From contig OZ249444.1 of the NCBI GenBank assembly GCA_965235115.1, positions 17,236,001-17,300,000 on the forward strand: DNA of 64,000 nt. The letters run 5' to 3'. The notes below the pieces were generated by a model. It searched no databases. It was not told the DNA's origin and saw nothing but the letters and a program-made list of their open reading frames with translations. This DNA is from Laetmonice hystrix (lineage: Eukaryota). Positions within the stretch are counted from its first letter, which is position 1, and every line of letters begins with the position of its first letter. Below, one piece after another: positions 46,912 to 64,000 of the stretch. The position numbers were made by a program, and so were the translations under genes.

Positions 46912-48230
46912 GCTGGCGGAGGTGCCGGAGGGAGGGGGAGGGGGGCAATACTGGCCAGAGAAGGGAAGGGGTGGAGACGTCCGGGTACCGGTAAAGCGGC
47001 CGAGTTCTATAGCCTGCCTGTCATTTTCATTTAATTCATGTCATTTAGGCCTATTTATTCTCCATTCAATGAAATTTCACACAAAAAAACAAGGAATAAG
47101 AAAGGAGCGCTCTTAGCCTACATACATAGACTATCTATGCTTACATATACACACTGGAACTGCACGGAAGGTATATAATATCCAACTAATATGTACAATG
47201 GAAAACCTGTGAGGCCCCTTACAATTCAATATAATTGCAGTTCAAACATTTGGGTACCTTGCTCTACAGTTTATTGTCTTCATCCCCAGACTAGCTAGCT
47301 TTCCCATATGGTTACCCGGCAAGGAGGAGGCAGGACAATAGTTCACTCTGCATGGTCGGTAAGCTGGCTCACTTGTCTCATGACCTAGCCTTGCAGAGAC
47401 TGCCATCTAATTGTGGTAGGACTGTAAGGTTCGCTGGGAACCAGCAAAATCGAACCAGGTGGGTTTCTTAGGCTTTACTGATTTAATTACAAAATTTAGA
47501 GACCTCAAAGGAAACGAATATGATAATTTATGGCCAATATTATGCATTTCTTGGTGACAATAACAATGACAATGATTTATTACTTTGAAGACCCCTCTCG
47601 GGATATGAGAGTATACATAGGCCACGTTTGTATAGGTATGGTTGATTACCGGATATTTTACCTAACAGGGTAGCCCGACCGATTTCTTTTGGAAATAATG
47701 TTTCTCAAAGTTCCCGCCAGCAGGCGTTGCTGCAAAGCTCCACCTGTGGCCTTGCTTGAGCACCCCCCTTGTCTTGAGTACTTGCCTGGAACTTGCCCCT
47801 TCCTCCCCGAGTCTTAATTGGTATAGGCCTAGAAATAAAGGTTCCCCTTTATGATTTTCTCATCACTTCATAAATAATTGTAGGCTATTCTTACAGGTAG
47901 AGTCTAGGCCTATTCCAATTAGGCCTATAGAAGGTGAATTTTTATAAATGATGCAGACGCGAGTCCTGATTGGTGCGAATCCCTGCTAAGGGGGAGGGGG
48001 GGGGGGGGGCATTCTGGACACATTTACATCATATGATTATGAGAAATAGGCCTAAAAATCCAAAATTATTGGTCGGGCGCCTGCCTGACCTGCCCGATCA
48101 CTTGCGCCTACCATGCATGGCCGCGCGGTGACTCACGGAAGGTCGACACATTGAAGAAGACACGTCCTGACCCCACATCCTTGGCATGGTCCGTATGGCA
48201 TGTCAGGTGGCCAACTCGTCTTCCGGTGGA

Positions 48231-48326
48231 CAGGTGTGCTATGAAATATTGCAGTCATGAAATATTGCAGTAATGCGTAAAAATGCTGCAATATTTCATG
48301 ACTGCAATTTTTCATAGCCATTGGCT
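48231..48326. repeat. Short second copy of the TATGAAATATTGC module family
   Basis: CAGGTGTGCTATGAAATATTGCAG...GCAATTTTTCATAGCCATTGG. Confidence 0.7.
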
Positions 48327-49073
48327 GGCCAGGGTTGTTTACGCGACACGCGATCGTTTACGCTGTGTGGCTGTGTGTCGGAAGGATGGTGCACTTCCAG
48401 GCCTCATAAGTCGGAAACTATTAACTGTAGAGAAAAACACTTCGTGTAGTGGTTGTAGGCAAAGACCTGGAGATTCTTCTCCACCAAGTTTCATAAAGAT
48501 ACGGTAGGGTTTGGGAGATATAAAAGGCTTCTCTAAGGTTGGCACGGTACTGAGGTCAAAGGTCATGAAGTGCTAAAAATAGCAAAATCCCGAGAAAATA
48601 TCCACAGTTGTCTTTTCCCCAAATTACTTTCTAGCCCCGGTAGTTTTTGGGCTGATGTCAAGTAAGTGCACAACCACTTCGAAAATGTCGAAGGTCACAC
48701 AGAGGTCATCTGGGGTCACACGAACGTGTCCCCCGGGAAATCTAAATTTGGCACATAGATGACCCTGCTGACCAAATTTGATTCCGCGTTATGGCTTTGG
48801 GCAAAAAATGGCACGTGCCATTATTTTTAGATCAGCCGCCATCTTGAAAGTTCTAAGTCAACCAAAGTGGTTTTCGAACTTGTCCTAGCCCCGGATGAAA
48901 GAAGGCCGACATACCAATTTTGGATCGATTCAGGCTATTATCGTGAGCACAGCACAGGTTGGCACATTCGTGCCACGGAAGAGGTCAAAGGTCAAATGGC
49001 AATATAAGTCGAAACAAAAATTTTTCAGAAGGTTCTGTCGGGGCATTTCAAATTTGATAACTCCCTCTCTAAC

Positions 49074-49331
49074 NNNNNNNNNNNNNNNNNNNNNNNNNNN
49101 NNNNNNNNNNNNNNNNNNNNNNNNNNNNNNNNNNNNNNNNNNNNNNNNNNNNNNNNNNNNNNNNNNNNNNNNNNNNNNNNNNNNNNNNNNNNNNNNNNNN
49201 NNNNNNNNNNNNNNNNNNNNNNNNNNNNNNNNNNNNNNNNNNNNNNNNNNNNNNNNNNNNNNNNNNNNNNNNNNNNNNNNNNNNNNNNNNNNNNNNNNNN
49301 NNNNNNNNNNNNNNNNNNNNNNNNNNNNNNN
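49074..49331. other. Assembly gap (258 N)
   Basis: Run of N in the sequence. Confidence 1.
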
Positions 49332-50153
49332 CAAAACGTCTCCCCCACCTGGGTCGGGGCCCATAAATTTTTGCCTAAAAATTGACGTAGCATTGACGTA
49401 AGAAGTAGAATGCTACTTCTTATACCGATTTGACGTAGGCCCGCCTCCGTCCAAGTGGAGAGCCTCGGTAGGGACTTTTCTTTGGCGTGATGTGGGCCTT
49501 TATTTTAACGCAACATCAATTTTTATTAAAACTTTAATGGGACCACTTGTATGTTCCTCGTGCCACCATGAAACTTCATATATGTTGATGTAACATTATA
49601 AACTACATTAATTCAAAGTTTCGTATATTAATTCTTATTTTAGGAAGTTACGCAGGCAGGCTCCACCTGCGTAGAAATAAGCCCCTTGCGTCAGTTACGT
49701 CGGTTACTTCTATATGACATAAGTGATTATGGGCTATCTAAATTCTGACGTAACATTTATGGGACCCGACCCCTGGGGGGAGACGTAAAAATGAAAGTTG
49801 TGATTTGCTGTGGAAGAATGTGAATGTCTAAATTGTTTTTTAATACTAATTTCGTCATATGATGTGTTCGGCTCTGCTGTATCAATTTTAACTTCTAAAG
49901 AACGTTCGTGATGCAAAAGGGTATAAAATTGAAACGGGACTCTCATTTTTTTTTACAGATAAAAATAGAGTCTTTGTGGTCCCTGACTCTGACTGATATG
50001 CGTACACTGATACCATATAATAGAAGATGTGTCCAGAATTGGCGACTTTATTCAGGATGGGAAGTGAGAAAGCCAGGAATTTGGCCAATTGTACATTTAT
50101 AGAAAAAGTGACCCATATACTAGATCACGCATAGAGAGACACAGAGTTTGTAT

Positions 50154-50607
50154 TCCACGTACGGAGGTTCAGGAGACGTTCCACACGGAGGTTAAGGAGG
50201 CGTTCCACACGGAGGTTCAGGAGGCGTTCCACGTACAAAAGTTAAGGAGGCGTTCCACGTACGGAGGTTCAGGAGGCGTTCCACGTACGGAGGTTCAGGA
50301 GGCGTTCCACGTACGGAGGTTAAGGAGGCGTTCCACATACGGAGGTTCAGGAGTCGTTCCACGTACGGAGGTTCAGGAGGCGTTCCACACGGAGGTTAAG
50401 GAGGCGTTCCACGTACGGAGGTTAAGGAGGCGTTCCACGTACGGAGGTTAAGGAGGCGTTCCACGTACGGAGGTTCAGGAGGCGTTCCACGTACGGAGGT
50501 TCAGGAGGCGTTCCACGTACGGAGGTTCAGGAGGCGTTCCACGTACGGAGGTTAAGGAGGCGTTCCACATACAGAGGTTCAGGAGGCGTTCCACATACGG
50601 AGGAACT
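50154..50607. repeat. 24/26-bp minisatellite, ~18 copies, seeded by the last codons and stop of the EF-hand gene
   Basis: Plus-strand unit TTCCACGTACGGAGGTT(C/A)AGGAGGCG. On the minus strand the first unit is the CDS end CTC CGT ATG TGG AAC GCC TCC TGA. Confidence 0.95.
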
Positions 50608-51500
50608 CGGCGTACTGGAGCCGGCCGTCCCCGTCCACGTCGTACGATCGGATCATGTACTCCACCTCGTCCCCTTCCAGTCCCAAATTCCTCATGGCGA
50701 TCTTCGCCTCCGCCACGTCGATGGAGCCAGTGTGATCCGGGTCGAATTCAGCAAACAGGGCCCTCATCTCAACCGTTCTAAAAGAAACATTATAGTTAGG
50801 CCAGTCAAATCATTAGGCCACTACTTCATCAGCAGCTCGGAGGTCGGATCCAGAATTTCGGATATGGCGACTCAAAAAGTCATCATTACAGCCAATGCCC
50901 TTAAGCAAGTTGTGAGCGGCCACGTGGTCACTATGACGTCACTGCAACCCTCTATACGTAATCAGGTAATGTTTATGTCGCGTATAGATCTAAAACTCGT
51001 ATAGAAGGTTATGAGATGTTCTATATACAATTATTCTGCAAATCTAACACCTACTTTTCTTTGACTCGAAAGTAAAAGTCAATAAATTCATCGTAAGACA
51101 GTTTTCCATCGCGATCTTTGTCACACATGCGCACAAGTCGTTTGCTGGCCCCTTTACTGTACCCGAGGCTGGATTCGAGGACGGCGTGGGCTTCGCGGAG
51201 AGAGATGACGCCCGTCTTTCCGGTGTCGTAGCGCCGGAATGCCTCCTCGACCTCTTTCCGTCTAGCCGATAGGTGGCGTTATATGAAACAGACGATGTGG
51301 GTTAAACTGGCCCGCTAAATACTCCTTTTAGAATATAAATTAAAATGAACTTCATAAAGGTTCCAGAAATCAGAATGGGAAGTTTATTTCGATGCAGATT
51401 GCATTATATTTTGTTATGGATACGATGGTTAATTCCAATCGCGCCCACTAGGGCCTAATGACGGAACTTACGTCGCATCGCCCATTTGTCTGCTTGCCAT
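50579..51500 (-). CDS. Calmodulin-like 4-EF-hand protein, 144 aa
   Basis: Exons (minus) 51500-51472, 51261-51055, 50777-50579; phases 2,2; 435 nt. EF loops DTGKTGVISLRE (degenerate), DKDRDGKLSYDE, DPDHTGSIDVAE and DVDGDGRLQYAE. Too divergent to be true calmodulin. Confidence 0.9.
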
Positions 51501-51562
51501 ATCGATCGTGATTTTCCAGTTATCTATAAATATGAAAACGTCAAGGTCAGCGTAAAAGCAAA

Positions 51563-51703
51563 CACTCTAAAAACAGATTGGTTGAATTAACCAATATTGA
51601 TTGAAATGTGTCCAATCAATCCGAAATGGTTGGACACATTTCAATCAATATTGGTTAATTCAACCAATATCTTGGCAATTTCAACCAATCTGTTTTTAGA
51701 GTG
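51563..51703. mobile_element. 141-bp foldback MITE with CACTC...GAGTG ends (CMC/EnSpm-like)
   Basis: 24-bp TIR CACTCTAAAAACAGATTGGTTGAA / TTCAACCAATCTGTTTTTAGAGTG; AA on both flanks; an internal perfect stem of about 36 bp. The superfamily call is inference. Confidence 0.8.
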
Positions 51704-53084
51704 AAGCTCACATTTATTCCAAGATTGCCATTCAGCTTAAAAATAGGAAACTGCATACAGTGAAAATAACGTAGATACAAAACAAGAAACTCGTCTCAGC
51801 AGTGGATAAAAGAACCCACTAGGTTATTGACCAGTTCTCGTGTTTGTAGAACAGTGTATGACCCTGATAACATGGTTTAATTCACCCATCCCCTCATCGG
51901 GTACACTTTGACGGTTTAATTGGTCATTAATCAGACGAGGGTGGTGTGGCGAAGCAATCCGTCTACAGGAGTGCCCTGCCCAATATACTCTCTGAACTCC
52001 TACACGGCTGACACCCTTGGCTTCTTTATTCGGCCGCCAATAAGGATCCGGCCCTGCTCAGAAACAGCCGTCTCTCACAGGGGGCACAATATGAAATTGA
52101 ATGTGTATTATTATCCTAAAAACGATTTAAAAATACTGATTTACTTTCTGCCTTTCATCATAAGTGTCAGAAAGTAACAAGAAAGATTAGCTGGCACCCG
52201 GTGTATACCATTTACAGATCATTAGTGTCATATATTTGGATCATCTACTTGCAAACTGCCCGAAAAAGACGAGACTGGCACGTGTATATATAGATGCAGC
52301 AGTGACCTCGGAGCCACAGAGTGGACTGTGACATGTTGCCTTCTCTTGATAATTACGTGCTGGATATCCGATGATGGGGGATATTACATTATGTGATGCC
52401 TCCCCACAATCCCCCCTGTGTTGTGTGGCCTACTGCATGTGGATTGCGAACCCACGTCAGCTCTGATTGTTTTTTATTTGTTTTGTAGCATAAAATATCA
52501 TGCAGTATACTCTTCTCTCCTGCCCCATGCCTGTGATTCTGTGCATTCCCCTTTTCTGCCATCTCCCTCTCACTGCACATTTTGTTTCACTCTTCCAACC
52601 TGGCCAACCTTCCTTCTGATATCTCTCTAATTTTGACTATCCTCCAGATTTCGCAGTGACTTTTTGTAGAGAAGCAGGTTAGAAAATTCACCATTAAAAC
52701 TCTTTCAGGCCTCGCAAGTTTTTATTTCACCAGAGCAGTAGTGCAAATTCTCAATGACCTTTCCCATTTGGTAATACATAGACACAGATTATCCACCATA
52801 AGTTGCGGGCCTGATACAGTTTTGTCTGGTATCTTTACCAAACCTGCATTACAATCGTACATGCAGACTGTCACTTCATCGCAGCATTCACATCATGAAG
52901 GAACGATGCGGGTTTGTCCCGACTGAGAGAAAAGTATGCTGTTGACTGATGGTTTATACACGTCATTACACAAAGTCCACATGTACGCAGTATATGTGTA
53001 GGCCTATATCAGCACCACTACAACACAGAATACCCAACAACGAATGCGGAAACTCCAGAACTCCATCCCAACAACAAACTGATA

Positions 53085-53253
53085 CAGTGGCGGATTCCGG
53101 GGGGGGGGGGGCTACCCCTATCTTCCTAACCTAAAATTCTGGGGAGGCCCCCAAAAATTTAGGAAAGGGCCCCAGACCCCCCGAAAATAGGAAGCCGATT
53201 ATCCACTAAAACGTTGCCCCCCCCCCCTTCCTGAAATCCTGGATCCGCCACTG
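53085..53253. mobile_element. 169-bp MITE with CAGTGGCGGAT TIR and TA flanks
   Basis: CAGTGGCGGATTCC...GGATCCGCCACTG with TA on each side. A lone related end (GGATACGCCACTG) lies at 1636-1648. Confidence 0.8.
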
Positions 53254-56200
53254 TATTCAGCATATTTGTTGCAGCGGTCATCTCGCTATGAGGTTAAACT
53301 TGTAGGTATTAGATACTATAGTATAGATACCTACTTAATTCCCAAATCGATGTAGCTCTATCCCTGCCTACGGCTTGCGATGTCTGTGATCCAGCGAGAT
53401 GTATACGTAGGCCTGTGTCATCAGTAGATGTACGTCGAGATGTGGTCTATATGTGGCTGCTGTCAATGTGTGGATCCCAGAACCAATTAACAACCGACCG
53501 GGGTCACCTCGCTGTTATAGTCGACACGCACTCACTTCAGGGTGCAGTTTGTGTGTGTATGGAAAGTCCTCGTGGCACCATATATATATGCCCTATAATA
53601 TAGGCCGGCGGTAAGTCTGGCCCTATAGCGGGCTTTGGGAAGAGTAGGTCTAGGCCTGTGTTTTACTGACACCTCTGTGTTTAAAAAAAAACAACTTTGG
53701 AATAACTGAGACAGGTCAAAAATGTCTACTTCCTTGTGATTTTTTATTCTGAAAATTTAATGAGTAGAAAGGCCCCAAAGGCCACATTGAGCATAAACTG
53801 AAATAAGGGTTTTCCTTTGATATTGGATTTTTTGACATGCTGTTTTGAATTTGACAATACTCGCATAAGTTCTGTCAGATCTTTTAGATATTTTGCAGAC
53901 TTGTTGATGACACCCTAAGGTTATTGTGTGAAAATTTTCAATGAATTCGGCTTATCTATCACTGAGAAAATACTTGTCAAAAAGCGGTTCACTTTTTCTG
54001 GGACACCCGATATATATATATGGTGCTTGCATGGGAGGGGGCTATACCCTAGATGCAAATTATGTGTATAACTTCCAGAAGGGGCTCGGTGGCCCTCAAA
54101 CATTTTCATGTTTAGGCTTAATCGGAAACTAAGGCATCCTTGTGGTAACATTAATTGCCTCCCCTAAATCCCGTAACCAAACAACATTCCACTAGTATTA
54201 GAAATGCATTTTTAATCCAAATATAAATTCTCATTGACATTGTACAATTTATACATCAAACATTTCCACTGAATATCTACAAGGCTATATCTGCCATCGT
54301 GAAGGCCGTTACATAATTATATACGACAGCCATTCTGATGTCGCATACAATACATCTGTTAGATATCCTTCAGGCACCATGAAGTTATCAGCATAATTTC
54401 AGATTGTATCTAAGTTCAGGAATGTGGGGCGCATTTTGAATGCTACAATCACGTTAACAACATAAAGATACTACTATTTACAACAGTAGGAGTACTTTTA
54501 AATTACTATATTTACAACACATTCCAAAGTAGGGACCATTATCCTCGATGGTCTTCACACTTCACATAGGACAAAACTTTCCGCTGTAGATCTGCACCAA
54601 GCTTGTTCAAATTTACTCGTTGCTTGATTACCGAATTAGAAGACACCGTTTTAATACTGTATCGGTTGAGCGGATATAATTACTCGCGATTTCAAACGAA
54701 ATCATATGAAATGGGATAGAGGAATGGTATGAATTATCTACTGTAGTTTCTATACGCGTAGGTCTCCACAGGTCATAAATCTACACGTACACACACCCTG
54801 GCTCTCGCTCGGCCAATACAATAGCACCGATAGGGTATTGGCAGTATCCTTCAAAAATATTTTTCTAAAAAAAATAAATACCCGACTCATTCTGTTCAAT
54901 ATTATACAATAGATCCCCGAAGACGATTAAATAAAACTCGCCTTATCGCCCGAAATCACACAACCGTTATAGAAAGGCGACACGGCAAAGTGCTGGGGCG
55001 TTCTAAGGTCAAAACGATTAATTCACGACTGATCGTGCTCTGCCTATAAATATATAATCTCTTATAAAGCATTTCATCATATCGTATAGACCTGGCATAG
55101 ACAAATAACACAGGAGGTTCGCAATTAAGTGTTGTTCATGGTATACATTGCCTATTAGCAAGTATTCAAGGAGCACAGATGAATAAGATCGCCAATGAAA
55201 TTTTTCATATAATTTATCGTATGTACATCGCCTTTATGATTTGCGTAAGCTGTTGTTCGATTAGAATATACAAAATGTTAGGTTCAATGTTTTGAACAAT
55301 AATGTTCAAAATGTGCTCCGACTATTCCCCACTGGATGTGTGTCGTTGATGTTTGCCGATATACGGACTCGATATCGCTCATCAAACTCTACATCTGGAA
55401 TAAGTAAAGGATTTTTATAAAGACGATCTCTCTCAAATCATACCTCAGTAACACGAAGTTACCTGGTAGGTTTTCATATTAATTCATGTATCGGCACTGG
55501 TATGTTTGCTTTTCCAATCTGTATAGTTGACAGAAGTGATATTAGATAATGTAAGATGGCTCAAATTACATATTGCGAATCATGGAACTCAAACTCATGC
55601 ATATTATTCCATGTGGGAATGAGCATGTAAATATGTGACCTACATCCTCCTCATCCGGGCAACTCACAATGAGTGAATGTATCTGATTTGTAGTTTTTAA
55701 ACATAAATATCTGAAAAATATTGAACACCCTCGAGGGATACTTCTCTGGTGGAGCAAGGCCGTAATCATAACATAAGCACACAGAACGAAAATAAACGGT
55801 TAGTAGCACATTATGTCACCGTACCAACATACCAGCTGGATAACATCATGACGAAATCAAAAACTCAAAGTAAATCCTACATCACGTCACTTTAGCACGT
55901 CACATGTCGCCACGTCACTCTTACATTTAAACCAAATTATCACAAACAGACACCATTCACATTGAGCATTCATTGTTTCATGATCTCGCATCGGCGAAAA
56001 TAATCCAAGCCCAGCCCACCCCCACCCTGTACCTCTGACTTGGTATAGATGGCGGTAGACTACCCTTAACTCCCCATACCCAACCTAAACCCAGCGCTCC
56101 AAGATAATCTCTCGACACCAAACCCTGTACTCTGTTCCCTTCTTGGTGCTTGGTGAAACCACTCCACTGTGGGTCAGGGTAGAAACTCTGTGATCATTTG

Positions 56201-56845
56201 TCTCAGGACCCCATCACAAAGACAACCGACCTCGTCTCCTTGTTGTAGTTGACTAGCTTGGCCGTTTGTCGTAAGGCTCCGCACCACTGTCGCATTTATT
56301 CAAACTCTTGTTTGGGCGAGATGCTGGGACATCCACATAAGCGGATCAAGACTGGAACAATAAGCGTCGCCGGGCCCTCCCACTCAGGGAGGGAGGGGGA
56401 GTATAAGTAACCATGGCGACCTGTTCCAGATTGTCCGATTCACACTGTTCCATTGAGCGTTGTTCACCCAATGTGGCAAGACTTCAGGTGGGCCCGACGA
56501 CATATTAAAGTCGCATCGCCGGCCAATCATAGGCAGTTCGGGCACTTGACATTTGTTTATTTCGTAGGCACTTGAATCGACGTCAACAACTGCCGAGCAG
56601 AGTACAAAATAAAGCATACAATGATCGACTTGACTGCCAATCACGGTGAGAAAGCCAAACTTCTAAGTTCACCGAAAAAAACTTGGAACTCCTTGAGGAC
56701 TTTTTTCTGGCAGTATGAACCAGCAATGTGCAGGAGACCTTTCCTCGGTAATTTGGCAAACAAGTTTGTTTCCCAAAGGACCCGTTTTCCGTTGTAAATA
56801 TAATGAAACTTTTTCATGTGGCTCAGGACTTCGCATCCTAACTTC

Positions 56846-63935
<7,090 letters not shown>

Positions 63936-64000
63936 CTGCAAGCCGGCCGGAGACGCACACATTATCACGCGTCACAAAATATACAAACTAAACATGATCG

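Noticed and set aside
48895-49401. Three ORFs spanning the N run
   Set aside because: Artefacts of translating through the assembly gap.
50089-50451. 120-aa plus-strand ORF
   Set aside because: Translation of the 24/26-bp minisatellite, antisense to the EF-hand 3' UTR.
53985-54015. Tc1/mariner-like terminus (minus TATATCGGGTGTCCCAGAAAAAG); a similar lone end lies near 59850-59872
   Set aside because: Only one end is identifiable in each case, so element boundaries and TSD cannot be supported.

Overview
This is intron-rich eukaryotic DNA from a bilaterian invertebrate; whether deuterostome or lophotrochozoan cannot be decided from this window. All gene models were built by hand from splice sites and reading-frame phase, and family assignments come from recalled motifs, not database searches. 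Genes in order: a probable first coding exon of an unidentified gene (-, runs off the left edge); DNPH1 (+, 4 coding exons); a TNF-superfamily ligand (-, 6 exons); CLNS1A/pICln (-, 6 exons); TMEM164 (+, 5 exons); a 1833-aa NWD1/NWD2-family DUF4062-like + NACHT + beta-propeller protein (+, 9 exons); a 144-aa calmodulin-like 4-EF-hand protein (-, 3 exons); and the 3' part of an ABCC5/MRP5-like transporter (-, 21 exons). Also present are several non-autonomous DNA transposons with readable TIRs and TSDs, six tandem arrays and a 258-N gap. Leads, strongest first: (1) about 40 tandem copies of the exon-2 splice donor fill intron 2 of CLNS1A, and use of any of them would give a premature stop, a candidate snRNP-sensing poison-splice element; (2) the NACHT protein has a destroyed Walker A but keeps Walker B and an N-terminal putative effector Glu; (3) a co-oriented cluster of CTCF-like motifs near 32 kb; (4) a second minisatellite seeded by a stop codon; (5) a hAT-like element with a 6-bp TSD. 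No CRISPR array, rRNA or convincing tRNA was found.
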